Shown in pieces: positions 1 to 9,611 of a stretch of DNA of 64,000 nt. The stretch covers positions 1 to 64,000 of IMG/VR virus record IMGVR_UViG_3300036985_005327; one strand, written 5' to 3'. This stretch comes from a virus. The position numbers and the translations under genes are program-made. The notes under the pieces are model-generated. The model was not told where the DNA came from. It saw only the letters and a list, made by a program, of their open reading frames with translations, and made no database searches. The stretch's first letter is position 1; each line of letters opens with the position of its first letter.

Positions 1-2
1 GG

Positions 3-1988
3 CATGTTGAAGGTTTTGGATACACCTCCAGACAAGAATGGTTGTACAGCGGCCACCATATTCAGGTGACCCTCTACAGATATCATTCTGGTTTTTGCCA
101 CGAATGCACAGTCGAAGACGGGGAGGTGTTCTTCCTTGAGCTCAAGGCAACCTTCGGCGTACCCGTTGTCGCTGATGTACTGAAGAATCTTGGGGATGAC
201 CAAGGTAGAGTACCCAAGAGCAATGAGCGCTTCAGGCACGGCATCTACTGTGATTTTCATTGTTCCGCCACCTACCATGTCTTTGTAGGTGACAAGACCC
301 ATGGCGGGCTCTACTCCCGTGGTATCACAGTCCATCAAATAACCTATCGTCCCGCACGGTGCCAGCACTGTCACTTGCGCATTACGGTAACCTGAGCCCT
401 CCTCTTTCTTTTTACCGAAGCCAGCGGCCAATGCCTCTCCCCAGGCTTTGTACGCGATGAGCTGTAGGTGGGATTCTGGAATCTTCTTAGTAAAGGCCCG
501 GTGCTTACTAAGAACCTCTTCCATGCTGACCTTATTGTACTCGTAGGCGCTGAACGGACCTTTAACTGACGCTACCTCGGCGCTTGTGGTGTATGCCTGT
601 GCCGTCATGAGGCTGGTAATCGACGCTGCGATTTCGCGCCCCTTGTCGCTGTCGTATGGAATTCCCCAACGTAGTAATAGTCCTCCTAGGTTAGAATAAC
701 CCAATCCGAGCGGCCGGTACTTGAGGCTGTTCATCTCGATGTCTTTAGTGGGATAGCTCGCGGCTTCGACGATGATGTCCTGTGCGATGATGAGCATACG
801 CACAACATGCTTGAACATCTTTGTGTCGAAGGTGTTGTCGTCGCGCATAAACTTAACGAGGTTTATGCTGCTCAAATTACAAGATGAATTATTTACCCAT
901 AAAAATTCAGCGCAGGGATTAGACCCTTCAATCACGAAGTCGTTAATGCAAGTGTTGAACCCATTGATGGTGTCATGAAACTGCAGCGCCGGGTCTCCGC
1001 AGGCATGAGCGCACTCTGCAATCTTCGTAAAGAGCTCGCCAATGTCCACGGTCCTAGCGATGCTACCATCCGCACGGTTGATGAGATTCCACTTCTCTTC
1101 TTTACCGTAGTACATGTGCTGCCGCACACGCTCCATAAACTCGTTGGTCACTCTGACGCTGTTGTTGCCGGTTTGGTGCTTGGCCCAAGAGTAAGCACCC
1201 TCCAGGTCGTTAAACTTCGCTGACATCCCACCTTTGATGAGGCGTTCAACAATGACTTCCTGCTCGTTCTTACACGCGATAAACTTCTCGATGTCTGGAT
1301 GGTCGGCATTGAGAATGCACATGCGCGCGGAGCGGCGCGTACGACCACCGGACATGATGACGTTAGCAAAGGAGTCGTAGCCCTGCATGAACGACACAGG
1401 GCCTGATGCTGTGCCACCACCACGGATACGCTCGGTAGAAGCTCTGAGGTTGCTGAAATTTACGCCGGAACCTGCGCCCTCTTTGAAAATGAGACCCTCG
1501 GTCTTGGCGAGGTCGAGGATGCTGTCCATGTTGTCCTCGACCTTGTTGATGAAACAGGCGCTGAGCAGCGGCTTGTCGATACCAGGCACCCCGGCATTGA
1601 ACCAGACGGGGCTGTTGAACGCGGCTAGCTGGTGCAGAAGAATATGTGTGAGTTCGCTCTCGTAGCTTAGGATGCTTTCGCTGCCGGGCTCAAAATAGCC
1701 GTGAGCTAGCCCCTTGTCCGTTATGAAGTTCACGACACGTGCGATGGTTTCTTTAAGGCTAGTCTCTTTGTCTTTTGAATCTCGGGATTCTCTAAAGTAT
1801 TTATTGGCTGTAATCTTTCTGGCGGTCTTTGACCAGGTTGACGGGAACTCTGCGTCGTTTAATTCGTAAAGAACATTTCCACTTTCGTCTGAAATCTTGA
1901 CTGCTGTTTTTTCCCATTTGACTAGGTCGAATGGGTGCGAACCCACAGTTGTGAGCACGCGATTTGATAACGTCAAAGGCATTGGCAT
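3..1988 (-). CDS. nrdJ: Class II (adenosylcobalamin-dependent) ribonucleotide reductase, 3' end runs off the window
   Basis: Missing from the ORF track (no stop in window). Manual translation from ATG 1988 gives MPMPLTLSNRV...TANKYFR, then LSACFI, SNPCAEF, SSCNLSSINL, TVLAPCGTIG and AAVQPFLSGGVSKTFNM. Confidence 0.93.
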   Translation of the reverse strand, partial: MPMPLTLSNRVLTTVGSHPFDLVKWEKTAVKISDESGNVLYELNDAEFPSTWSKTARKITANKYFRESRDSKDKETSLKETIARVVNFITDKGLAHGYFEPGSESILSYESELTHILLHQLAAFNSPVWFNAGVPGIDKPLLSACFINKVEDNMDSILDLAKTEGLIFKEGAGSGVNFSNLRASTERIRGGGTASGPVSFMQGYDSFANVIMSGGRTRRSARMCILNADHPDIEKFIACKNEQEVIVERLIKGGMSAKFNDLEGAYSWAKHQTGNNSVRVTNEFMERVRQHMYYGKEEKWNLINRADGSIARTVDIGELFTKIAECAHACGDPALQFHDTINGFNTCINDFVIEGSNPCAEFLWVNNSSCNLSSINLVKFMRDDNTFDTKMFKHVVRMLIIAQDIIVEAASYPTKDIEMNSLKYRPLGLGYSNLGGLLLRWGIPYDSDKGREIAASITSLMTAQAYTTSAEVASVKGPFSAYEYNKVSMEEVLSKHRAFTKKIPESHLQLIAYKAWGEALAAGFGKKKEEGSGYRNAQVTVLAPCGTIGYLMDCDTTGVEPAMGLVTYKDMVGGGTMKITVDAVPEALIALGYSTLVIPKILQYISDNGYAEGCLELKEEHLPVFDCAFVAKTRMISVEGHLNMVAAVQPFLSGGVSKTFNM

Positions 1989-1996
1989 CTCCCTCT

Positions 1997-2560
1997 TCAA
2001 ACGTTGATTTTGACTTTGAACCGCACCACCGGCTTTTCCTTGGGCGACCTTATACCGCATAATACTTCGAGTTGTTCACGAGTGTCCACCTTATTGGTCA
2101 TTAATGACCAGGCTATTTGTGCTAACCAAGCAGCGTCTGCAGCATCGTCCTTTAACATAACGTTCCACTTGTTAAACGCCGCTTTAACCATATCCTCTTT
2201 ATCTGAAGAACCGCTACGTGTAGCAAATTTTTTCAGCGTTGTTGGTTGCACAACGGTTACTTCGGCTCCTAGGTTTTCTAGGGTTACGAGAAACACTCCG
2301 CGAACCTGTCCTAGTGTATCTGCCTTGTTTGTTGAATCTAATGAAGGTCCTTCGATACAGGCTAAAATTCTTTTTTCTTTGTGCTCTCGAACAAAGTTGA
2401 GAAGAGCGTCCTGGTGGTGTTTCAGCCGTTTACCGCCACGGAGTTCTTTCGGTCGTATTGTTTCAGTACGTAGACCTAGGTCGGGTGTGATTATCGCCAG
2501 ACCTGTACTCGTGGCTGACGGGTCTATACCGAGCCATATTGTTGACGGTGTTTGGTCCAT
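1997..2560 (-). CDS. ruvC: RuvC-like Holliday junction resolvase
   Basis: LGIDPSATSTG, IEGPS and DDAADA acidic RNase H-fold motifs; 187 aa. Confidence 0.85.
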   Translation of the reverse strand: MDQTPSTIWLGIDPSATSTGLAIITPDLGLRTETIRPKELRGGKRLKHHQDALLNFVREHKEKRILACIEGPSLDSTNKADTLGQVRGVFLVTLENLGAEVTVVQPTTLKKFATRSGSSDKEDMVKAAFNKWNVMLKDDAADAAWLAQIAWSLMTNKVDTREQLEVLCGIRSPKEKPVVRFKVKINV

Positions 2561-2595
2561 GGTCTATTATTCTAATACTTCTACGAGGTACTGAA

Positions 2596-3288
2596 ATGGC
2601 AAAAATCACTGCGACATTTGACCAAAGAGTAACGCGAGACGGTTACTGTTTGGGTGTTACTATCTCTGATTACGACGATACGGACCCAGTGAGTCTGGAG
2701 CGCTGTATCCTAGTTAATCTTAGCGGTGCCAGCAGTATAGTTAGAGCTGCGACGATCCTCGATTTATACAACTACTCAATCCCGTACAGCTACCCGTTAA
2801 TTCACGTCACTGGAGATGGGATACTTAACGACGTACAAGTTGGTGACATCGTAACTTTTAACACGGTACCAGAGTACTGGGAGATATCTGAGTTAGTATC
2901 AACCCTTAGTTTACCTGTTACAAATGTAACGGATGCTCCTAGCTTTGGATGCGTCCATTTGAATACGTCTACTCTTGTCTATTCAGAGTTTGCGTGTGGT
3001 TTTGACGGGATACTTAATTTAACGGTTACGCGTGGGAGTAACACAATAGTTCCAGAGGACGACTACTCGATAGTGGTAGGTAGATTTCCTAATGGATCTA
3101 CGTTACCTACTTATAACCAAGTCCTGCAAACTTACTATCCAGTCAAACGCTCGGTAACTATATTCGCGACACAAACTGAAGCTCTTAACAAAATAGAGGC
3201 TATAAAAGCTGAGTTACAAAGTCTAGTTACTGAGTCAAATACGACAGGTGTAGACTTTGAAACAACGACGGTTGAGGTGTTCGAATGA
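2596..3288 (+). CDS. Hypothetical (likely virion) protein, paralog 1 of a tandem trio
   Basis: ATG 2596 after GAGG; T/V/S-rich; shares RAATILDL and YY...A...K..L..LV motifs with the next two ORFs. Confidence 0.7.
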   Translation: MAKITATFDQRVTRDGYCLGVTISDYDDTDPVSLERCILVNLSGASSIVRAATILDLYNYSIPYSYPLIHVTGDGILNDVQVGDIVTFNTVPEYWEISELVSTLSLPVTNVTDAPSFGCVHLNTSTLVYSEFACGFDGILNLTVTRGSNTIVPEDDYSIVVGRFPNGSTLPTYNQVLQTYYPVKRSVTIFATQTEALNKIEAIKAELQSLVTESNTTGVDFETTTVEVFE

Positions 3289-3659
3289 CTGTTTCCGTAA
3301 CCCTGGTCGAGACCAGAACTATCGAAGCGGGAAATCTTTACCGCGTAAAACACGCGATATCTGCTTCTGTACATATTTCCGACCACGTCTTTGTGTTCAA
3401 TACGGCTGATGAATCTTTTTCGCACGTGGCAACAGTTTACGATATCGAAAAGATAGCAGCGACTACGAAGGCAGCAGCTGAGACTGCGGGGGACGAATAC
3501 TACCGCCTGGACACGGTTACCCGAGATTGGGATTCGTTAGACACAGCATCGGAGTACGCAGTGTACAATAAACAACGCTTGCAAGGGTTAGTCTCAGACT
3601 ATCAAGTGTACTCGACTACTTTTGCGGGGGTTACCACCTCGACGATCACGAGTGACTAA
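3285..3659 (+). CDS. Hypothetical (likely virion) protein, paralog 2
   Basis: ATGA overlap with the previous gene; HVATVYDI and YYRLDTVTRDW motifs. Confidence 0.7.
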   Translation: MTVSVTLVETRTIEAGNLYRVKHAISASVHISDHVFVFNTADESFSHVATVYDIEKIAATTKAAAETAGDEYYRLDTVTRDWDSLDTASEYAVYNKQRLQGLVSDYQVYSTTFAGVTTSTITSD

Positions 3660-4667
3660 ATGACAGTACCAACTACAAAAGTAGAATACTCGTACGCGAC
3701 CACGGCGTTAGCTGACGGGTCGTTCCAATACGGAATTACCGCTTTCGTCGCTGAGGCGGGTGAGCTGCCACACTCTTCGCTGTTTTTGTACGAGATTACG
3801 GATGTCGTTGACGCGACGCAAGACGCGTTCATTCGCGTAGCGACTCCGTATGACTTGGAGAACGTTCTGGTTGGTCGTGACCCGGCCAGGGATGTGGGAA
3901 ACTCGTACTACCTGTCGAGTACGTTGACGAGAAATTACACAGACCTCAACTTAGCCGTGCAGGCTAAAGAGGCTGTTAAGTCTCGGGTGAATGACGGAGT
4001 ACGGTCATGGTACGACTTCAGCAGTGACTTTATGGGAGACACAGATGTGTACCACCCAACTGCTGATGCCACGTACGAAGTTCAGTTGCAAGATGCGTAT
4101 TACACTGCTCGCACGACTAGGCAAGATGCTGAAACTGCATTTGCTGCGTCTGAAGCGTCGTTAGTTCTCGCACGAGACGCGGCTACCGCGAACACAGCAA
4201 TAACAGCGGCGTACAAAGTTCAGCTGGATTACATAACGCGAGCGCGTGCCTACTGGGATACCTATTTCGGTATAATCCAAACTATCACTAGCGGTTTGGG
4301 CTTTGCTGGTAAAACGAAGACATACCAGACGACCGTGGCTCAGTTGATTGCGGATGCTGACCCTGCTGACCCGTTATACGGTGTTTGGGTAGCGGCGTAC
4401 GCCACGCAAGAAGCAAATCTCGAGACGCTGTCTAACCACGAAATTTCTGCCACGCAACTCACTTCTGAGTTACTGGCATCATTCCAGACGCTGACGTCGC
4501 TGTACAACACAAGTCTCCAGCAGGCTACGGTGAAGAACAACGCGGTATCTGTGGCTGTCATAGCAAAAAAAGAGGCTGAAGCGTTACTTGCTTCAGCCTT
4601 GTTAGCCGAGGACGCAGCCCTTGCGTTAGCCCTCGCGGTTTGTCCGACGTTTGTTCCTACCACGTAG
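3660..4667 (+). CDS. Hypothetical (likely virion) protein, paralog 3 with Ala-rich coiled-coil C-terminus
   Basis: Abuts the previous stop; RVATPYDL and YYLSSTLTRNY motifs; long Ala-rich helical tail. Confidence 0.7.
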   Translation: MTVPTTKVEYSYATTALADGSFQYGITAFVAEAGELPHSSLFLYEITDVVDATQDAFIRVATPYDLENVLVGRDPARDVGNSYYLSSTLTRNYTDLNLAVQAKEAVKSRVNDGVRSWYDFSSDFMGDTDVYHPTADATYEVQLQDAYYTARTTRQDAETAFAASEASLVLARDAATANTAITAAYKVQLDYITRARAYWDTYFGIIQTITSGLGFAGKTKTYQTTVAQLIADADPADPLYGVWVAAYATQEANLETLSNHEISATQLTSELLASFQTLTSLYNTSLQQATVKNNAVSVAVIAKKEAEALLASALLAEDAALALALAVCPTFVPTT

Positions 4668-6063
4668 ATCCAGGTATTTTTCCGTAGTGCTCGTACAGGT
4701 CTATTAGAGACCCTATCTCGCATTTCCACGGAGCTGTGTCCCGGCTGCTTGGTTTGTGGAATGTTATGGCGTAGTTGCCTTCCCATCCTGCGTCGAAGTA
4801 CATAGCTGCGTAGTTTGTTTTGCGCCACATCCCTACGCTAGTAGGGGATTCTTTAACGTTGGCGCACGCAACCACTAGCGCGTATCCGATGTCGTCTTCT
4901 ATCTTTCCTTCTATTGTCTGGACGCGTCCTTCGTACAACTCGATTTCTTGGCTAGCTTTAAACTTTTCCCAGGTCTCGTCTTTGTTACCGCTTAGTATGA
5001 TCGTGTTGTCGGATACGCGGTGCACACAAAACCCAAGTCCGCTGTGCATACTGGCTAGGCCAAGAGTGGCTTTACTCGTTCTACCTGTTGAGGGATTTTT
5101 GATGTTGTGCTTTCCACTGAGTGAGATGATCTCTGCGATGTTTCGCTTCGACAGAGTCCTTGGCTCATAGCGCAGGACCGAGGCAGATAACTCGGCGATT
5201 CCCGGTCTAGGGTTCTGGCAACTGCGTCTACGACATCTGAATTTTCCCTTTAGGCAGACTTCAGCCACAGAACACTTCGAGCAGTACTCCTTTACGTTGT
5301 TAAGGGTCTTTTGGCGCTCCACAAGGGCTTCTAGTCTCCGTTCGTACTTATCCGCGTAGCTACTAAAATCGAGGTCACCAAAGGAGATGTCTTTAATACC
5401 CTGGAACTTACGCTCGTCCTTGTCGTGGAGCATGGTCGGGGATATGAACGTGTGTTCGTATATTACGCTTTTACGAGATGGCAGAAATGCTTCTGGTTTT
5501 CCGTACCCAGCTAACTTTATGGTGTCGTACCTCGGACACAAGCATTCCTTTACGGTGCACGCTCCTTCAAAACTGACGATGCTTTCAACGCAGGCTTTAC
5601 ATCCGTACACATGCTTTTCAGGCATACGGCACTTGTGTACTTCTTCTTCCACGTTGACTGTGAAAGCTGGGACGCCCTTTTCAGCTTTGACGACTAGATA
5701 CTCGAGTGCGTTTGTGCCTAGTTGCATCATACAGTCTGCTAAGAATCCAGACGCATGTCTCCCGGCATATAGAGCAGCTCGACCACCGCAATCCACTGAC
5801 GTTATAAAGAACGGAGGGGGAAACTCAGCCAACAGTTTTTCGTCATCAGCTAGAGCGAGGGCGTCCTCAACAGTGTATTCGTGGTCTTCGGGTACGTTTG
5901 GGGCATACGTACTGAACACTAGCCCCCAAGTTCTCCATTCGTTACGTGACGCTCCATACCACTTTCGATGGTTGTTCTCCCCGAGGTCGAACTCCTCGTC
6001 GTTTCTCGTGGTGAAGGTTTCAACTATAGCGGTGAACATCTTGGTATAATCGACAGTTGTCAT
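4657..6063 (-). CDS. Cys-rich hypothetical protein translationally coupled to the RT (468 aa)
   Basis: ATG 6063 overlaps the RT stop (ATGA); Cys clusters CRMPEKHVYGCKAC..CTVKECLC and CSKCSVAEVC..C..C. Confidence 0.75.
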   Translation of the reverse strand: MTTVDYTKMFTAIVETFTTRNDEEFDLGENNHRKWYGASRNEWRTWGLVFSTYAPNVPEDHEYTVEDALALADDEKLLAEFPPPFFITSVDCGGRAALYAGRHASGFLADCMMQLGTNALEYLVVKAEKGVPAFTVNVEEEVHKCRMPEKHVYGCKACVESIVSFEGACTVKECLCPRYDTIKLAGYGKPEAFLPSRKSVIYEHTFISPTMLHDKDERKFQGIKDISFGDLDFSSYADKYERRLEALVERQKTLNNVKEYCSKCSVAEVCLKGKFRCRRRSCQNPRPGIAELSASVLRYEPRTLSKRNIAEIISLSGKHNIKNPSTGRTSKATLGLASMHSGLGFCVHRVSDNTIILSGNKDETWEKFKASQEIELYEGRVQTIEGKIEDDIGYALVVACANVKESPTSVGMWRKTNYAAMYFDAGWEGNYAITFHKPSSRDTAPWKCEIGSLIDLYEHYGKIPGSTW

Positions 6064-7217
6064 GGCGTTGGTGGTATCCATTCGGGATAGTGAGTCATAA
6101 CTGCGTCGTGAAACACGTCGTACAGCTTTTCACCATGGTCGGGGTGTATATGCTTAACGTAGTTGATTTTACCGCGTAACCACGACGCGAACTGTGCGGG
6201 GTTCTCGTAGCCTGCTCGTGCAGCTTGAGAATCAATCCCGTGTACCAAGCAGTTAAATACTGTTGCTCGTAACCGAAGGTAGTCTTTCCTTTCTATATTC
6301 GGTTTCTGGTTAAACACGAGACCAAGTAGCTTTCGCTGTTTTCTCCCAGTCTTAATCTTTGTCTTCTTGGGATTAACAGAGTACCCCGATTTCTGTATAA
6401 GCCGGAACACCTCGCGGAGTACTGTGGCTCGGTGTCTCGGGTGTACGCGTTTACCACAGGTAATGGCAATGTCGTCCGCGTAGCGTGTGTACCGCCATTC
6501 CCAAGCTGAGTCCAAACCACTCTCAGCGTTTAATGCAGCCAGGTACGCCATGACGGGTGTGTCGATTCGCTGAGCCGCTACGAGGTTACAAATAGCGCCT
6601 GAGGTAGGGCTTCCCTGGGGTACGCCTATCACACGCTTCTCAGCGTCCCTAGGGTGTGGGAGACCAGGAACAGTCATAAGCTCGGCCATCAAGTCAGACA
6701 CGTAAGCCCCGTAGCCCACCGACATCAAGTAGTCCTCTACCCACCATTTTCTAGTGGAATGGAAGAAGTTCTTGAGGTCTAACTTGATGTACGTTCCATT
6801 ACGAGGACACACATGCGAAGCTGCTGTCTTGCCCGCTTCAGCGCCGTCACAGAGCTCGCAGGGGTAGATATGCTGGAGGACCGCTAGCTTTGTTCCGAAC
6901 CCAGACCTGTAACCTGTAACGTGTGGCCCCAACTTGTTGTGTAGCGGCGTTAAAACCTTTTTGTAGAGGCGAGACAGAATCCTTTTTATGTAAGGCCGAG
7001 GAGCTTGAATACTCCGAAACCCCCCGGTCTTTTTGGGGATCTCGAACGTTGTGTACAAGCTTTTTCGATTGAGAATCGCGAACCACATCATGCGCGTCGT
7101 AGTTCTAAGGTTGTGCGCGAGGGTGTAGTCATCAACGATAAGCGCGAGGTCTTCCTGTTCCACTAAGAGAGGGTTTAAGTCATACTTGAGTAGCTCCGTC
7201 CTGTTGAATGTCGTCAT
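6060..7217 (-). CDS. Retron-type reverse transcriptase (385 aa)
   Basis: IPKKTGGFRSIQAP, KLDLKNFF, GVPQGSPTSG, YTRYADD, VNPKKT and a LRGKINYV thumb; all catalytic Asp residues present. Confidence 0.93.
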   Translation of the reverse strand: MTTFNRTELLKYDLNPLLVEQEDLALIVDDYTLAHNLRTTTRMMWFAILNRKSLYTTFEIPKKTGGFRSIQAPRPYIKRILSRLYKKVLTPLHNKLGPHVTGYRSGFGTKLAVLQHIYPCELCDGAEAGKTAASHVCPRNGTYIKLDLKNFFHSTRKWWVEDYLMSVGYGAYVSDLMAELMTVPGLPHPRDAEKRVIGVPQGSPTSGAICNLVAAQRIDTPVMAYLAALNAESGLDSAWEWRYTRYADDIAITCGKRVHPRHRATVLREVFRLIQKSGYSVNPKKTKIKTGRKQRKLLGLVFNQKPNIERKDYLRLRATVFNCLVHGIDSQAARAGYENPAQFASWLRGKINYVKHIHPDHGEKLYDVFHDAVMTHYPEWIPPTP

Positions 7218-7875
7218 CTTGGATTTGTATCCTCTCGTTAGGAGTGAAAATGGTATTCGTGCTCATGCAGACCTTATGACCAAAGGTACACAAGCCCGAC
7301 TGAAAACCATCGATGAAACGCTCGCAGAAAGTACAGGGGTTCCCGAGAACCTCTTTGTTCACTATGAGCACGGGAGCATCTTCAAAGAAAATGCTCGCGG
7401 GCTTCGTGTAATTCAAGAGGTACTTAGACCGCGTGTACCCTAAGACATGTCCCTCAGTTAACCCGTTATGCCGTTTTCGATTCGAGTACAGGATGTTGTA
7501 CGTGTAGGTTGGTACAACCAGAATGTAGTCCTCGATCTTGGATATCCCGACATGCCACGCAACATTTGACTGTTGGTTTTTTATGGCGGGGGTTTCACGT
7601 GTTACTTTTCCGGTTAGGCTTGTCGGGCCTAATGACGTGATAATCTCGAGGTCAATCCACTTCGTTAAGTACTCAAGGATCTCAGGGGTCATTTTGTGCT
7701 TTAAGTACACGTAGAACATTCGGTCTGCGAAGGCGGTGTCTTCTTTATGAAACAAGTAGAAGCGGTCATACGGAAAAAAGCTAGTACGTCCGGGCAGTTG
7801 GCATAACTCCTTTTTCTTTGGTTTTCGACCTTGGCTGTTTTTCACCTTTACGCTGTAAAACGGGTATGTAGGCAT
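7180..7875 (-). CDS. Hypothetical protein with C-terminal 4-Cys cluster, upstream of and overlapping the RT
   Basis: 231-codon ORF with GGAG RBS, starting 2 nt after the VWA stop; CTFC-x11-C-x6-C. Confidence 0.7.
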   Translation of the reverse strand: MPTYPFYSVKVKNSQGRKPKKKELCQLPGRTSFFPYDRFYLFHKEDTAFADRMFYVYLKHKMTPEILEYLTKWIDLEIITSLGPTSLTGKVTRETPAIKNQQSNVAWHVGISKIEDYILVVPTYTYNILYSNRKRHNGLTEGHVLGYTRSKYLLNYTKPASIFFEDAPVLIVNKEVLGNPCTFCERFIDGFQSGLCTFGHKVCMSTNTIFTPNERIQIQDDDIQQDGATQV

Positions 7876-7877
7876 GT

Positions 7878-9530
7878 TTACTCCGATAGCAGAACAACGC
7901 GTTGTCCCATGTCAGGGTGGACTGCTGCGTGAGTACCTCCACAGATAACCCAGATAACTGGACAGTCCGGTTGGTACACAGGGATGGGTCCTCCGTTCTC
8001 GTCACTGACAGGAGCTCCTCCGTCTGTAAGAAACACTACTAGGTCTGGCTTCTGAAAACTGTGTTCCTCCCAGTTTCCTTTACAGTTTTCGACACGTTGG
8101 ATCTCGTCCCTCTTAACTCCCTTTACGCATTGGAACGGCGGGTTAAAGTCTGTGCCACCTCTTCCGTACCTAGTGTATGTGTTCGTCTTGTTCGCCTGCA
8201 TCTCGGATCTCAGGATGTCAGCTTCTAACGAACTCAAGTAGTCTTCGTACTGGATAGCCGCGTCGAACATTACGATGTGGAGGTGAACACTCTGTGTGCT
8301 CTGAACAATCCCGCTTAGCTCTGTGACGAACTTGATGAAGTTGGCGTCGCTGATAGACCCTGAGGTGTCAATCACAACAGAGACGTTGACTGCGGTGTCA
8401 CACTGAAGTCCTGGGTAGGGAAGGATTCCTTGACCCATCACTGGCAAGAGGCTGTAGTTGGGGATCACCGCGCTCTCGTCCATCTTCGGAATGATGCTCG
8501 ACCTCAACATGTTCTTGAAGATTTGATCCCACGGAACTTCAGGCTCTTTCAAAAGCTCTTCAACAGCACTCTTTATTTCCAGTGGAATGGTACCCCGACG
8601 CTGTATTGTCTGGTCATACGCATTCTTGACCATTTCTTTGGTCTCTTTGCTTAGACCACTTACAAGTCGCTCGGTCTCGGCCTCAGTACGGAAACTCAGT
8701 TCGTCTTGTGGGTTGAATAAGTGCTCAGGGAACTCGGGGTGTTCTTGGTCACTGGAGTCATTCGAATTTTGTTCTTCGTTTTCGCTGTCATCTTGGTCAG
8801 CGTCGCCACCTCCATTTCCATCGTTCTGGTCGTCTGACTCTTCTTCCCCTTTACCAGATCCCTCGCTTGGGCTGTCGGACTCTTCTTCTTCTTCCGCATC
8901 TCCGCTTGCACCGTCTGACTCTTCTTTTTCTTCGCCACCACCGTTACCGTCTTCATTGTTTTGGTCGCGGGTCTCTTCTTCCTCTTGTTGGTCGCCAGAA
9001 CCACCCCCACCACCTGAGGGCGCAAACAGCATCGGTACTTTCTCAGCCTTCTGAACAAGCAACGCGAGGTATTCTTCGTACATGAGCTTATTAGGAAGTT
9101 CGAAAGACTCCGGGTTCAGGAACCTGCATTCCTTTCCCATGGCGTCCATTTCCTTTTTCAGGAAAGAGCTGTTAACTGCAAAATCCATAGCAACGTTACC
9201 GAGTTTGTGATTCAATTGGAGGTCCTTACCAGACGGTAAGTTGTTGTACATCCAGATAGCTCGAGGGATATGCTGAAGAATGATGTGGCAGGCTTCATGC
9301 TGAATGACAAAGAGCTGTTCATGCACGTTGAGCGACTCAAACCACTCGAGGTCGTACACCAGCAAATACTTCCCGGTATTCCGGTCCAGCGTGACGCACG
9401 CTGTCTTTTGTCCGGGGGAACAAATTCGTCGGCAACCGTTGAGTACGCGGCCGTAGAAATTGTTTCCCCCACGTGGAGAACAGAGCCACTGCAGTGCGTT
9501 CGTGAGTGCGTTGTCTTTAGTTTCGCCCAT
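7878..9530 (-). CDS. VWA-domain metallopeptidase-like protein (DUF2201 type)
   Basis: HEACH zinc motif, acidic D/E/G linker, MIDAS IDTSGS..GGTDF..FLTDG; ATG 9530 with AAGGAG RBS. Confidence 0.88.
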   Translation of the reverse strand: MGETKDNALTNALQWLCSPRGGNNFYGRVLNGCRRICSPGQKTACVTLDRNTGKYLLVYDLEWFESLNVHEQLFVIQHEACHIILQHIPRAIWMYNNLPSGKDLQLNHKLGNVAMDFAVNSSFLKKEMDAMGKECRFLNPESFELPNKLMYEEYLALLVQKAEKVPMLFAPSGGGGGSGDQQEEEETRDQNNEDGNGGGEEKEESDGASGDAEEEEESDSPSEGSGKGEEESDDQNDGNGGGDADQDDSENEEQNSNDSSDQEHPEFPEHLFNPQDELSFRTEAETERLVSGLSKETKEMVKNAYDQTIQRRGTIPLEIKSAVEELLKEPEVPWDQIFKNMLRSSIIPKMDESAVIPNYSLLPVMGQGILPYPGLQCDTAVNVSVVIDTSGSISDANFIKFVTELSGIVQSTQSVHLHIVMFDAAIQYEDYLSSLEADILRSEMQANKTNTYTRYGRGGTDFNPPFQCVKGVKRDEIQRVENCKGNWEEHSFQKPDLVVFLTDGGAPVSDENGGPIPVYQPDCPVIWVICGGTHAAVHPDMGQRVVLLSE

Positions 9531-9611
9531 AGAGTTACTCCTTTGGGTTGTTCGGCGTACACTTAGGAGTGTCGCAAGAACTGTTGTTGGTTCGACCATT
9601 ACAGGTAGGAA

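Noticed and set aside
42-1665. Short ORFs listed in the track over the first 1.7 kb
   Set aside because: They overlap the minus-strand nrdJ frame, which the track missed because its stop lies outside the window.
8700-9020. Low-complexity TCT/TCG-rich tract, and the CAA/CAG tract at 43436-43480, as DNA repeats
   Set aside because: Explained by the acidic linker of the VWA protein and by a poly-Gln tail.
4657-9611. Repeat array, DGR template/variable repeat pair or group II intron around the RT
   Set aside because: The flanks are fully coding and I saw no repeats by eye. RT motifs (PQGSPTS, YADD, short thumb) fit retron-type rather than DGR or intron RTs. A self dot-plot would be needed to exclude weak repeats.
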